A stretch of DNA of 64,000 bases from Candidatus Pampinifervens sinense (GCA_037927135.1 JAXSPP010000001.1:160001-224000), one strand, 5' to 3'; shown: positions 22,027-32,283, counted from the first letter of the stretch. A program made the numbers and translations. The notes: generated by a model from the letters alone, not told the origin.

Positions 22027-22725
22027 CTAACCTCCTTTAAACCTAAAGGTTATTATACCCGTTTGAACAATATTATCCTTTATAGGCTCAAATTTAATAC
22101 CTTTTACAAAGTTAAGCATCATCTGGTCTACTAGAGGAGACCCACTCCTCTGAACTATCTGAGCCTTTGATACCACTCCAGAAGGCTCCACCCATATCCT
22201 AATCTTTAGCACGCTCAAAGGCTCATCTGAAACCACTTTGGGCAACGGTGGAATATATATTGCAGACCTTCCACCTCCAGAAAGACCTATACCGCTTGGA
22301 GAGACAAGGGCCACTATATCACCAAGCTCGGAGGTTTTTATGCCTTCTTCTTTCACTTCCCTTTGCCTTCCTTTTATCCTCCGTTCTATATCCTGAAGCA
22401 AGGAAGGCTCTTCCTTTGGCACACCACTTGGCACCTGCACATCTCCCCTATCTCTATCAACCTGCACAGGCGATGCACTTATCTTTTCCATCCCCTTCTT
22501 TAAAGTTCCTTCACCTTCCTTAAGTCTTTGGCCAACCGATGGCCTTTCACGTACCAGCTTTACTTCTTCTACCTTTGGTATATCCTCCAAATATACCTGT
22601 AATGGTGGCCTTGGTGACCTCTCCGCTTTTACAAAGAGGTAGAGGGAGAGGAGAGTAAAGATTAAAAGGTTTATGGTAAAAGATATACTAAGATAGAGAA
22701 GGTCTTCTAGCCTTTTCTCAATCAT
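22027..22725 (-). CDS. TonB-family protein (N-terminal anchor, TonB C-terminal domain)
   Basis: TM anchor; C-terminal IWVEPSGVV...IVQRSGSPLVD...IKFEP; likely start ATG 22725. Confidence 0.7.
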   Translation of the reverse strand: MIEKRLEDLLYLSISFTINLLIFTLLSLYLFVKAERSPRPPLQVYLEDIPKVEEVKLVRERPSVGQRLKEGEGTLKKGMEKISASPVQVDRDRGDVQVPSGVPKEEPSLLQDIERRIKGRQREVKEEGIKTSELGDIVALVSPSGIGLSGGGRSAIYIPPLPKVVSDEPLSVLKIRIWVEPSGVVSKAQIVQRSGSPLVDQMMLNFVKGIKFEPIKDNIVQTGIITFRFKGG

Positions 22726-22755
22726 CAATTTTAAATTATAATAGGCCACTGAAGG

Positions 22756-23808
22756 ATGAAAGTCTTTGTATCCAGTGGAGGAACGGGAGGCCATTTCTTT
22801 CCAGCCTTAGCCCTAATAGAATGCCTTCTTCAGCGATCAATAAGCTCCATATTTATAGGTTCAAAAAGGGGTATAGAATACACCCTCAAAGAGAAAATAC
22901 CTGTAGAGAGCTTTTTTGTTCCATCCTATCCCTTTATGGGAAAGGGCATAAAGGAGAAGCTTTTGGCCATACTTAAAAACCTCTCAGGGTCTTGCATGGT
23001 AGCCAAGCTCATAAGTAAAAGGGATATAGGCATCATATTTGGAGGATATGCAAGCGTACCTCTAGGACTCTCCATACTCCTAAAGAGGGCTCTGTTATAC
23101 ATCCATGAGCAAAACTCCATACCTAGCCAAACCAATAGAATCTTTTCAAAGTATGCAAAAAAAGTATTCATAACCTTTGAATATTCAAGAAGGTTCTTTC
23201 CGGCTTATAAAACGGTAAAAACTGGCTTACCTGTAAGGAAAAGCCTTATTGAAGGTTTAAAGCTAAGTAGGGAGGAGGCACTAAGGGCCTTGGGCCTTGA
23301 AAACAAGCCCACTCTTCTTATTATGGGAGGAAGTCAAGGAGCACACTTTTTGAATCAACTGGCAAAGGAGATCTTTTTAAGAACAGGATGGCAAGGTATA
23401 CACATTTCAGGAGATAAGGATTTTGAGCATTTAAAGGAGTTTTATAAGGAAAAGAAACTTAATGTCCTCCTTCTAAGTTTTAGCCACCATATGCACCTTG
23501 TATATAAGGCAAGCACGATAGCTATAAGCAGGAGTGGGGCTAGCTCCATAACGGAGCTCTCTCTCTATGGCATACCTTCCCTCTTTATACCTTTTCCTTA
23601 CGCAGTGCATGACCATCAGTTTTATAACGCAAAGGAGATAGAGGATATGGGGGGAGGTATTACACTAAGGCAGGAGGATGCTTATGTTGATAGAGTTATG
23701 AAGGCATTGGATAAGCTTTTGGAAAACTACGAATACTACTCAAAAAATATATCTCTTTTTGCCAATCCTCTTGCCTGTGATGAGATAGTAAAGTATCTTT
23801 TTATTTAA
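22756..23808 (+). CDS. murG: Undecaprenyl-PP-MurNAc-pentapeptide GlcNAc transferase
   Basis: GGTGGHFFPA, GGYAS, HEQN, GGSQGA, SRSGASS and HQFYNA motifs. Confidence 0.96.
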   Translation: MKVFVSSGGTGGHFFPALALIECLLQRSISSIFIGSKRGIEYTLKEKIPVESFFVPSYPFMGKGIKEKLLAILKNLSGSCMVAKLISKRDIGIIFGGYASVPLGLSILLKRALLYIHEQNSIPSQTNRIFSKYAKKVFITFEYSRRFFPAYKTVKTGLPVRKSLIEGLKLSREEALRALGLENKPTLLIMGGSQGAHFLNQLAKEIFLRTGWQGIHISGDKDFEHLKEFYKEKKLNVLLLSFSHHMHLVYKASTIAISRSGASSITELSLYGIPSLFIPFPYAVHDHQFYNAKEIEDMGGGITLRQEDAYVDRVMKALDKLLENYEYYSKNISLFANPLACDEIVKYLFI

Positions 23809-23830
23809 ATTCAAAAAAAGGAGGGAAGAT

Positions 23831-24715
23831 ATGGAGGTTAGAAAGGCTGTGCTACCGGTTGCTGGATGGGGGACTAGGTTTCTACCAGCCACTAAAGCCA
23901 TGCCTAAGGAGATGTTCCCCATAATAGACAAACCTGTTATCCAGTTTATAGTGGAGGAGTGTCTTGATGCAGGTATTGAAAACATAATTTTTGTTACAGG
24001 AAGGCATAAAAGACCTATTGAACATCACTTTGATATTAACACAGATCTGGAAAAGCATCTGGAAAGTTGCGGGAAAATGGACCTTTTGAAGAACATTATG
24101 GAAATAAGCAGGCTTATAAATCCTATATATATAAGGCAAAAGGAACAACTAGGTCTAGGCCATGCAGTTTTAGTAGCAGAGCCTGTGGTAGGCTACGAAC
24201 CATTTATAGTATGCTTAGGTGATGTGATACTTAAAGATGAGGAAAATGTTTTAAATAAAATGATGGAGGTTTATAAAAGGTTTGGCAAGAGTGTGGTGGC
24301 AGTTTTTGAGGTGGAAGAAAAAGATGTTTCCAAATATGGAATAATAAGCGGAAGGTACATAGAAAAGGATATATACATAATTGATGACTTAATTGAAAAG
24401 CCTAAGCCTGAAGAGGCTCCTTCAAGGCTTGCAATAGTAGGAAGGTATCTATTTACACCAAGGATATTTGATAAGCTAAAGATTACACCACCTGGTAAGG
24501 GTGGAGAGATACAGCTTACTGATGCCATAAAGCTACTCCTTGAGGATGAAGCCGTGTATGCAATAAAGATTAATTCAAAGGTCTACGATACGGGAACTCC
24601 CTTAGGCTATATACAAACCATACTTGACTTTGCCCTTCAGAGAGAGGACCTGAGGGAGGACCTTATGAGGTACTTAAGGAGCCTCATCTGGGAAACCTCA
24701 CCTATGCAGGAGTGA
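23831..24715 (+). CDS. galU: UTP-glucose-1-phosphate uridylyltransferase
   Basis: KAVLPVAGWGTRFLPATKAMPKEM; GEIQLTDA. Confidence 0.96.
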   Translation: MEVRKAVLPVAGWGTRFLPATKAMPKEMFPIIDKPVIQFIVEECLDAGIENIIFVTGRHKRPIEHHFDINTDLEKHLESCGKMDLLKNIMEISRLINPIYIRQKEQLGLGHAVLVAEPVVGYEPFIVCLGDVILKDEENVLNKMMEVYKRFGKSVVAVFEVEEKDVSKYGIISGRYIEKDIYIIDDLIEKPKPEEAPSRLAIVGRYLFTPRIFDKLKITPPGKGGEIQLTDAIKLLLEDEAVYAIKINSKVYDTGTPLGYIQTILDFALQREDLREDLMRYLRSLIWETSPMQE

Positions 24716-24734
24716 AAATGGTATAATCTATTCC

Positions 24735-25625
24735 ATGTTTTACGGATCAATAGTGGCCCTCATAACCCCCTTCAAGAATGGAGAGGTAGATTTTAAGGCC
24801 CTTGAAAACCTTATAGACTTCCATGTAAACAACCATACAGATGCCATACTTGTTTGCGGGACCACTGGAGAGGCACCAACCTTGACCTTTGAGGAACATG
24901 AAAAGGTCATTGAACATGCGGTAAACTATGCTAAAGGAAGGATAAAGGTGATTGCAGGAACTGGAGCGAACGCTACCCACGAAGCCATAGAGCTAACATA
25001 CCATGCTAAAAAGGTAGGTGCTGATGCATGCCTTCTTGTAGTTCCCTATTACAATAAACCCACACAGGAAGGCCTTTATCAACACTTCAAAACGGTAGCT
25101 GAAGAGGTTGATATACCAATAATCCTTTACAACATACCTTCCAGAACGGGTGTGGAAATAGCACCAGAAACCATATATAGGCTTGTAAAGGAATGCCCTA
25201 ACATCATAGGATCTAAAGAATCTACTCCAAACATGGACAGAATATCTGAACTAAGGAGACTCTTAGGGGAAAACTTTACCATACTCTCTGGAGACGATTC
25301 TCTCACTTTACCTATGATGGCCTTAGGTGCCAAGGGTGTCATATCTGTGGCAAACAACATAATGCCAAGGGAAGTAAAGACCATGGTGGATTATGCCTTA
25401 AAGGGTGATTTTCAAAAGGCGAGGGAGATGCACTACTACCTTTTTGATCTCTTTAAGATACTTTTTATTGAGACCAATCCTATACCTGTAAAAACAGCCT
25501 GCTGGGCCCTTGGCATGTGTGAAAAGGAGTTTAGACTTCCTCTGTGCCCTATGAAGCCGGAAAATGAGAAAAGGCTTCTTCAGGTGCTAAAGGCATACAA
25601 CCTTCCTGTGGTTAGAGATGGGTAA
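24735..25625 (+). CDS. dapA: 4-hydroxy-tetrahydrodipicolinate synthase
   Basis: GTTGE, PYYNKP, LYNIPSRTG, LSGDD and NPIPVK motifs. Confidence 0.97.
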   Translation: MFYGSIVALITPFKNGEVDFKALENLIDFHVNNHTDAILVCGTTGEAPTLTFEEHEKVIEHAVNYAKGRIKVIAGTGANATHEAIELTYHAKKVGADACLLVVPYYNKPTQEGLYQHFKTVAEEVDIPIILYNIPSRTGVEIAPETIYRLVKECPNIIGSKESTPNMDRISELRRLLGENFTILSGDDSLTLPMMALGAKGVISVANNIMPREVKTMVDYALKGDFQKAREMHYYLFDLFKILFIETNPIPVKTACWALGMCEKEFRLPLCPMKPENEKRLLQVLKAYNLPVVRDG

Positions 25626-26010
25626 ATTCCTTCTTTTTATAAACTCAGCCTACCTTGGCCTAGGTTCCTTCTTCAGCTTCTTTGTGGCTCCTACCCTTTT
25701 TAGGGTCCTCCAAAAAGATCAAGCCGGTGCAGTAGTAGAAAGGGTCTTTCCCGTGTATTTCAGTATTGGCCTGCTAATCTCCTTTATAACCCTTATCTTA
25801 GGCTATAGGCTTGGAAAGCTTATAGCTCTTTTAGCCTCCCTTAGCCTTCTTCTTCACGCGATCCACATCTTTTATATACTACCAAAAGCCCATACTCTAA
25901 AGCTTGTAGATTATGATGCTTTTATGAAATGGCATGGTGTCTCCATGGGTATAAACCTCCTCAGTCTTCTCTTAATTTTTTTCCTGTGTGTGCTTTTGAT
26001 GAAAAGATGA
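25618..26010 (+). CDS. DUF4149-like membrane protein
   Basis: FFVAPTLFRVL...AG...FPVYF; F.KWHGVSM.INL. Confidence 0.7.
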   Translation: MGKFLLFINSAYLGLGSFFSFFVAPTLFRVLQKDQAGAVVERVFPVYFSIGLLISFITLILGYRLGKLIALLASLSLLLHAIHIFYILPKAHTLKLVDYDAFMKWHGVSMGINLLSLLLIFFLCVLLMKR

Positions 26011-26381
26011 TTGAGCTAAGGCTTTCTTTGCTTCCTGTTCCAAAGAGCAATCGGTATATAAGGAGGAAAGGGGGAAAGGTTTTTAAGCCACCGAGGGTGA
26101 AAAACTGGGAAGTGAGGGCCTTGTGGGAGATAAAGGAACAGTACAAAGGAGAGCCTCTTGAAGGAAAGCTATCTGTTTATGTAGAACTTGTGCTTCCAAA
26201 CCACAGGAGAAGGGACATAGACAATATGTTAAAAAGCCTTTGGGACATTTTGGAGAAGGGTGGAGTTATTAAAAACGACAGCCAAATATATGAAGTAAGA
26301 ACTATAAAAAGGGTTATAAAGGGCCAGCAAGGCACAATCGTGCGTATAGGAGAGTTTAAAGATGCCGTTGAGGGTGCTTGA
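26007..26381 (+). CDS. rusA: RusA-family Holliday junction resolvase
   Basis: RRRDIDNMLKSLWDIL...DSQI catalytic signature; ATG 26007 overlaps upstream stop. Confidence 0.88.
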   Translation: MIELRLSLLPVPKSNRYIRRKGGKVFKPPRVKNWEVRALWEIKEQYKGEPLEGKLSVYVELVLPNHRRRDIDNMLKSLWDILEKGGVIKNDSQIYEVRTIKRVIKGQQGTIVRIGEFKDAVEGA

Positions 26382-26988
26382 TAATCCACTTTTGAGGCAC
26401 AAGCTAAATACAATAAGGGACAAAAGAACACCACCAGAAAGGCTAAGAAGTCTTGTGGAAGAGCTAACCTTAATGTGTATGCCCTACTTGATGGAAGAGG
26501 CACCCATTAGGAACGAAAGAATAGAAACTCCTTTGGAAGAGAGTATTTTTGAGTTTGTTGAAGAAGAAAAAATTGTGCTTCTGTGCATACTTAGGGCTGG
26601 CATGCCCATGCTAAACGGAGCTTTAAGAGCCTTTCCAAGGGCAAAGGCAGGCTTTTTGGCCATAAGGAGGAATGAAGAAAGCCTAAGGCCCACACTGTAT
26701 TACAAAAGGATTCCAGACATAAAGGACAAATGGATTATAGTGCTTGACCCCATGCTGGCAACGGGCGGCACTTTGAGTATGGCTTTGGAGGAGATAAAAG
26801 CAGAAAGGCCTGAAAGGATATTCTCTTTGAACTTGGTGGCTTCTCCAGAGGGGATAGAAAAGGTGCTTTCTTTACATCCAGATGTGAACCTGTTTGTTGT
26901 AAGCGTAGATAGAGGGCTAAACCAAAAGGGCTACATAGTGCCGGGCGTAGGAGATATGGGCGATAGGCTTTTTACTGAATATCCTTAA
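26362..26988 (+). CDS. upp: Uracil phosphoribosyltransferase
   Basis: ILRAG, LDPMLATGG and YIVPGVGDMGDRLF motifs. Confidence 0.96.
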   Translation: MPLRVLDNPLLRHKLNTIRDKRTPPERLRSLVEELTLMCMPYLMEEAPIRNERIETPLEESIFEFVEEEKIVLLCILRAGMPMLNGALRAFPRAKAGFLAIRRNEESLRPTLYYKRIPDIKDKWIIVLDPMLATGGTLSMALEEIKAERPERIFSLNLVASPEGIEKVLSLHPDVNLFVVSVDRGLNQKGYIVPGVGDMGDRLFTEYP

Positions 26989-28366
26989 TATACTCCGTTG
27001 GGTCCAAAGGAATACCTTCCTTGTTTCTTATTTCAAACCTTAGCATACACTCATCGGAGTTGTTCTTTTTGCCCACCTTTGCTATGGTTTGCCCTTTGCT
27101 TACCCTTTCTCCCCTTTTGACAAGGTTTGTCTCATTGTAAGCGTACAAGGATATAAAATTATCATGCTCAATTATAACCATATTTCCATAAGCCTGTAGA
27201 TCCCCACCGCTGTATATCACTCTACCATCCTCTACAGCTTTTACCGGTGCAGAACATGGTGCATGTATTTCCACACCTTTTGGCACTCTTGATATCTTAC
27301 CTTCTACTGGCGGTAGTATATTGAAGTTTCTTGGTAAGCTTGCGTTTGTCCTATTATTCTCCTTCTCTAAGTCCTTGACAATATACTTGTCCTCCTTATT
27401 TCTTTCATCCTTTCTGGGCATCTCCCCTTTGGAAGCCACCTCTTGCTTCGGTATTTTTACCTTCGTTCCAGCCTTTAACAATTTGCCTTTTAATTCTGGG
27501 TTAAGCTTTTCAAGTTCCTTTAAAGGCACTCCCGTGGCCCTTGCCACATCCCTTAGCCTTCCGCTACGTTTAACGGTGTAAAAGTCATAATTGCCTTCCT
27601 CCTTTGTCCTTTTTGCCTCTTTGACGGGTATTTTCACCTTGGTCCCTGGAGGGAGCCATTTGTCCTTAAGGTCTGGGTTTAGCCTTTCAAGTTCCTTTAA
27701 AGATGTGCCGGTAGCCTTTGCCACATGTTCAAGCTTAGCACCCTTTTTAACCGTGTAAAAGGTATAGCCTTTTTCCTTTATGTCTTCATCCGATTTTGCT
27801 TCCAAGGAACCCTTTGGCACTTTTACCTTTGTGCCAGCCTTGAGCCATTTATCTTTCAATTCTGGGTTAAGCTTTTCAAGTTCTTTTAAAGGCACTCCCG
27901 TGGCCTTTGCTACATCTTTTAGCCTTCCACCGCGCTTAACTGTATAAAATTCAAAGTTAGACTCTTCTCTCCTTCCCTTTGAAATGGCTCCTCTGGCAGG
28001 TATCTTTATCTTTTGCCCTTCCACAATCCTGTCATCTTTTAAACCGTTAAACTCCTTCAAAGTTTCCACATCCACACCAAAGCTTTCCGCTATCTTTTGA
28101 AGAGTGTCTCCCTTTTTAACCTCATATATAGCATACTTTTCTGATGTGGCCTTTTTTGCGCTTTTGACAGGTATACATAGCTTTTGACCCACTTTAAGCT
28201 GTTTTTCATCTATGTTTTTGTTAGCTTTTTTGAGGCTTTCAAGGCTTACGCCTTCCCTTTTGGCTATCTTCTCTAATGTGTCCCCTTTCTTTACTGTATA
28301 ATCCTTACATTCAAAGGCAAAGGTAAAGCTAAGGCTAATACCTAATAGTAAAATCCCTTTCTTCAT
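26972..28366 (-). CDS. Five-LysM + degenerate M23/LytM domain protein (NlpD-like)
   Basis: Signal peptide; five YxVKxG LysM repeats; C-terminal GRVIYSG...YGNMVIIEH...LRFEIR. Confidence 0.85.
   Translation of the reverse strand: MKKGILLLGISLSFTFAFECKDYTVKKGDTLEKIAKREGVSLESLKKANKNIDEKQLKVGQKLCIPVKSAKKATSEKYAIYEVKKGDTLQKIAESFGVDVETLKEFNGLKDDRIVEGQKIKIPARGAISKGRREESNFEFYTVKRGGRLKDVAKATGVPLKELEKLNPELKDKWLKAGTKVKVPKGSLEAKSDEDIKEKGYTFYTVKKGAKLEHVAKATGTSLKELERLNPDLKDKWLPPGTKVKIPVKEAKRTKEEGNYDFYTVKRSGRLRDVARATGVPLKELEKLNPELKGKLLKAGTKVKIPKQEVASKGEMPRKDERNKEDKYIVKDLEKENNRTNASLPRNFNILPPVEGKISRVPKGVEIHAPCSAPVKAVEDGRVIYSGGDLQAYGNMVIIEHDNFISLYAYNETNLVKRGERVSKGQTIAKVGKKNNSDECMLRFEIRNKEGIPLDPTEYIKDIQ
27492..27905. 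repeat. ~48-bp near-identical direct repeat between LysM repeats 3 and 5
   Basis: aattctgggttaagcttttcaagttc(c/t)tttaaaggcactcccgtggcc at 27492 and 27858 (366 bp apart). Confidence 0.8.
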
Positions 28367-28607
28367 CCCTTGGCACCTCCTTTAGGACCTCCATGCGGTC
28401 TACCCTTCCCGCAGGAGGACCTTTAAAAAGTTCTTTTAAGAAAGCCCACACTACCTCTTCATCCCCCTGAACAAAGACCTCTACCCTACCATCGGGCAAG
28501 TTTTTTACCCAACCTGCAAGGCCATAGCTGTTGGCAAGCCTCTTTGTAAAGGCCCTATAGCCCACCCCCTGTACTATACCACTGACATAGACCCTGTAGG
28601 CTACCAT
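28335..28607 (-). CDS. acyP: Acylphosphatase
   Basis: VSGIVQGVGYR, GWVKNLPDGRVE and GPP motifs. Confidence 0.95.
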   Translation of the reverse strand: MVAYRVYVSGIVQGVGYRAFTKRLANSYGLAGWVKNLPDGRVEVFVQGDEEVVWAFLKELFKGPPAGRVDRMEVLKEVPRDEERDFTIRY

Positions 28608-28653
28608 ACCTTAGATTTTACACCACAAGGGTGAAAAGATGAAGCCATAAAAA

Positions 28654-28682
28654 CTTGACAAAAATGTACTAAAGCATATTAT
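28654..28682 (+). promoter_or_regulatory. clpB promoter with overlapping HAIR-like operator
   Basis: TTGACA (28655) -16bp- TATTAT; CTTGACA-N7-ACTAAAG matches 11/14 of CTTGAGT-N7-ACTCAAG. Confidence 0.5.
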
Positions 28683-28713
28683 AAAAACCAATGTAAAATT
28701 TTGGAGGTGTAGG

Positions 28714-31677
28714 ATGTTTAGTGAAAACTTGATGTCTGCCAAATCATTGGAATACCTAAATAGGGCAAAGGAGCTGGCAAAAAAGAGGGGAGACAGTAAG
28801 GTAGACACAGACCATCTACTTCTGGCTTTCCTCTCCGACGAGAAGTCTGCCTTAGCCAAGTATTTAGAAAAGAGAGGGGTAGATGCAAAAAGTTTATATA
28901 GGAAGGTTTCTGAATACCTTGATAAACTTTCCTCTCAGATAAACAAAGCTGTGGAACAAGAGGCTAAGCATCTCATAGACCTAAGAAGCAAGATAATGCA
29001 AGTAAAGTCGGACATAGGACAGCTTCAGCTGGAGTTTGATAAGGTAAGGAGGGCAAAGGAAAGGATAAGGGAAGAGATAGATAGGGCTAAGCGGTATGGA
29101 GACTATTGGAGCTTGCAAGAACTCCAGATAGAGCTTACAAGGCTTGAAAGGCTAGAAAGCCAGATAAGAAGCCAGCTAGAGAGCGTAGAAAGGAGCCTCT
29201 CAACAGTTTTCAAACAGGAGGATGTGAGGGCTTTCCTTGAAAATAGATTAAGCATAGACGGCCTTATAAAGAGGGCCCTTGAGACATCAAGCCTTGTAGA
29301 GCAGGCAAAGGAAATAGGCCTGTCGCCCGAAAGGGTAAAGGATGCGGTGGGAAAGATAGTCTTTGGCAAGGAGCCTGCCTTTGATTATTCGGAAAACCTT
29401 ATTAAGGTCCTAGAAAAAGCACAGGATAAGGCTGTGGCCGAAGGCCTCTCTCAAGTGGAGCCCTATCATATAGTAGCAAGCCTTTTGGAGGCAAAAGACA
29501 CCATAGCTGGTAAGATTTTAGAAGATATAGCAGGAGGTGAAAAGATGAAGGATGTGGCACAAGAGCTAAGAGAGGAAGAGAAGTCCGCCCTTGAGAGGTT
29601 TGGGGTGGACCTCACTCAAATGGCCAGGGAGGGCAAGCTTGATCCTGTGATAGGAAGGGAGAAGGAGATAAACCAAGTCATTGAAGTGCTTTTGAGAAGG
29701 ACGAAGAATAACCCAGTTCTTGTTGGAGACCCAGGCGTAGGAAAGACGGCCATAGTGGAAGGGCTTGCCCAAAGGATAGTAAACAAGGAGGTGCCAGCAG
29801 AGCTTCAGGACAAATCTATCATAGCCATAGATATAGGTTCCATAATAGCTGGGTCCAAGTATAGGGGAGAGTTTGAAGAGAGGTTCAAAAGCCTTTTGGA
29901 GGAGGCAAAGCAAAGAGGTAATGTAATACTCTTTATAGATGAGATACACACGGTAGTGGGTGCAGGAAAGGCGGAGGGTGCGGTGGATGCGGGCAACATG
30001 CTAAAGCCACCCTTGGCAAGGGGTGAGATAAGGGTCATAGGTGCCACCACGGTGGACGAATACAGAAAGTATATAGAGAAGGACCCAGCCCTTGAAAGGA
30101 GGTTCCAGCCCATATATGTGGAGGAACCTACAGAAGAGGAAACCCTTGAGATACTAAAGGGTCTTAGGCCAAAGCTTGAAAAACACCACAAGGTAAAGAT
30201 ATCCGATGAGGCCTTAGAGGCTGCTGTAAAGCTCACAAAAAGGTATGTGACCTTTAGAAAGCTTCCAGATAAGGCCATAGATGCCCTTGACCAAGCCTCC
30301 GCAAGGAGAAAGCTCTCGGCTGTGGCCGTCCCTCCAGAGGTCCAGGAGATAGAAAGAAAGCTAAAGAGCCTTGAGGAAGAGATCCAGAAGGCTTACCTTG
30401 AGGGCAACTACGAAAAGGAAGCACAGCTAAAGATAAAGAAGGTTCAGCTGGAAAAGGAAAAGCAAGCCTTACTTTCTAAGGCTGGCGGTGTGGATGCGAG
30501 GATAGCAGAGATAAAAAGGAAGATAGAAGAGCTCGACCAAGAGATAATTAAGGCTTCTGAAAAGGGAGACTATGAGAGGGAAGCAAACCTAAAGATTGAA
30601 AAGGTAAAGCTGGAAAAGGAGCTGAAGGAGCTTGAGTCCAAAAAGGCACAGGAGCTGGTAGTGACATGGGATGATGTGGCCCAGGTGGTCTCCGAATGGA
30701 CTGGCATACCGGTATCCAAGCTAAGGGAAGAGGAGGTGGAAAAACTGCTAAAGCTGGAAGAAGAACTTCACAAGAGGGTCATAGACCAAGATCATGCGGT
30801 GGTGGCAGTCTCCGAGGCCATAAGGAGGGCAAGGGCAGGCCTAAAGGATCCAAAAAGGCCCATAGCAAGCTTCCTATTCCTTGGTCCCACAGGCGTGGGT
30901 AAAACGGAGCTTTCAAAGGCTTTGGCCGAGCTACTTTTTGGCGATGAGGATGCCCTAATAAGGCTTGATATGTCCGAGTTCAAGGAAGAGCATAGCGTGG
31001 CAAAGCTCATAGGCGCACCTCCCGGTTATGTGGGCTACGAAGAGGGTGGAAAGCTAACAGAGGCCGTAAGGAGAAAGCCTTACTCTGTCATACTCCTTGA
31101 TGAGGTGGAAAAGGCCCATCCTAGAGTCTTTGACCTCTTCTTGCAGGTTCTTGACGACGGAAGGCTAACGGATTCCCACGGCAGGACAGTGGACTTTAGG
31201 AACACGGTTATCATCATGACATCCAACATAGGCTCACAATACTTGCTTAGCATACCCGTGGATGGAGATGAGGAAAGGGTTCAAAAAGAGTTTGAGAAGG
31301 CAAAGGAGAAGGTTCTTGAAGAGCTTCGCTACTACTTTAGGCCTGAGTTTTTGAACCGTATAGATGAGATCATAGTCTTTAAGCCTCTCACCATGAAGGA
31401 ACTCTTCCAGATCATAGACCTTCTGGTGGCAGGAATAAACAAGAGGCTTGCAGAAAGGAACATAAGCATAGAGCTAACAGAGAAGGCAAAAGAACACCTT
31501 GTAAAGCTTGGCTATGACCCAGCCTACGGCGCAAGGCCACTGAAGAGAACACTCCAAAAACACCTTGAAACTCCGCTGGCAAACCTCATCATAAAGGGCG
31601 AGATAAAGGATGGTCAAAGGGTGTTGGTGGATATCTCCGAAGATGGGGCGTTGAGCTTTAGAGCGTTAGCTTCTTAG
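28714..31677 (+). CDS. clpB: ClpB-type AAA+ chaperone/disaggregase (elongated, 987 aa)
   Basis: Two AAA+ modules ([18 protein letters not shown]); Clp-N repeats; coiled-coil middle domain; no IGF/LGF ClpP-docking loop seen. Confidence 0.9.
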   Translation: MFSENLMSAKSLEYLNRAKELAKKRGDSKVDTDHLLLAFLSDEKSALAKYLEKRGVDAKSLYRKVSEYLDKLSSQINKAVEQEAKHLIDLRSKIMQVKSDIGQLQLEFDKVRRAKERIREEIDRAKRYGDYWSLQELQIELTRLERLESQIRSQLESVERSLSTVFKQEDVRAFLENRLSIDGLIKRALETSSLVEQAKEIGLSPERVKDAVGKIVFGKEPAFDYSENLIKVLEKAQDKAVAEGLSQVEPYHIVASLLEAKDTIAGKILEDIAGGEKMKDVAQELREEEKSALERFGVDLTQMAREGKLDPVIGREKEINQVIEVLLRRTKNNPVLVGDPGVGKTAIVEGLAQRIVNKEVPAELQDKSIIAIDIGSIIAGSKYRGEFEERFKSLLEEAKQRGNVILFIDEIHTVVGAGKAEGAVDAGNMLKPPLARGEIRVIGATTVDEYRKYIEKDPALERRFQPIYVEEPTEEETLEILKGLRPKLEKHHKVKISDEALEAAVKLTKRYVTFRKLPDKAIDALDQASARRKLSAVAVPPEVQEIERKLKSLEEEIQKAYLEGNYEKEAQLKIKKVQLEKEKQALLSKAGGVDARIAEIKRKIEELDQEIIKASEKGDYEREANLKIEKVKLEKELKELESKKAQELVVTWDDVAQVVSEWTGIPVSKLREEEVEKLLKLEEELHKRVIDQDHAVVAVSEAIRRARAGLKDPKRPIASFLFLGPTGVGKTELSKALAELLFGDEDALIRLDMSEFKEEHSVAKLIGAPPGYVGYEEGGKLTEAVRRKPYSVILLDEVEKAHPRVFDLFLQVLDDGRLTDSHGRTVDFRNTVIIMTSNIGSQYLLSIPVDGDEERVQKEFEKAKEKVLEELRYYFRPEFLNRIDEIIVFKPLTMKELFQIIDLLVAGINKRLAERNISIELTEKAKEHLVKLGYDPAYGARPLKRTLQKHLETPLANLIIKGEIKDGQRVLVDISEDGALSFRALAS

Positions 31678-31725
31678 GGATGTGAAGCATTAGACATCTT
31701 AAAATATATCCAAGGAGGTTATAAG

Positions 31726-32283
31726 ATGAGGAAGTTTGCTTTTCCACTGGTAGCTTTTCTTTTTATATGTTCCTGTGGAGCACTAGGAGAAAGGGCAAAA
31801 GACGGTGAAAAGCTCCAGCCAACCACTGCTTTAAAGGTTAAAACCATCACTACAACAGTTATAGAAGATGTGGTAAGCTGTAAGCTCTTGCTTGATGAAA
31901 GGTCACCAAGGCCTCAGGCGTGCGGAAAATGTGAAATATCCTTAGAAGGCAATAGCCTTAAGATAGCTCCTGTGGAGAAGTGCTTAAGATATGAGGTTTA
32001 CGGTTGTAGTACAACAGATGGCAAAGCCTTTTTAATAAACAACTTTTCCTGCACACCCATAGCTGAAGGTAAGGAGGTGCCTGTAAGGGAGGTTCAAGAG
32101 GCAATCTATCGTGTGCGGGTGGTTGGTGAAGATTGTATAGCTTACATAAGAGCTAAGAAAAAAGTTAAGGTTTTATATACAAGGGATTATGGATCCTACC
32201 ACGATGTGGGTATAAAAACCGATGAGGATACTATAAGGGATATTAGGACTATGGGCTGTGTTAAAAGCGTAGAAAGAGAATAA
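31726..32283 (+). CDS. Cys-rich putative lipoprotein, unknown function
   Basis: AGGAGG SD; signal ending FICSC (lipobox-like); 8 further Cys. Confidence 0.6.
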   Translation: MRKFAFPLVAFLFICSCGALGERAKDGEKLQPTTALKVKTITTTVIEDVVSCKLLLDERSPRPQACGKCEISLEGNSLKIAPVEKCLRYEVYGCSTTDGKAFLINNFSCTPIAEGKEVPVREVQEAIYRVRVVGEDCIAYIRAKKKVKVLYTRDYGSYHDVGIKTDEDTIRDIRTMGCVKSVERE

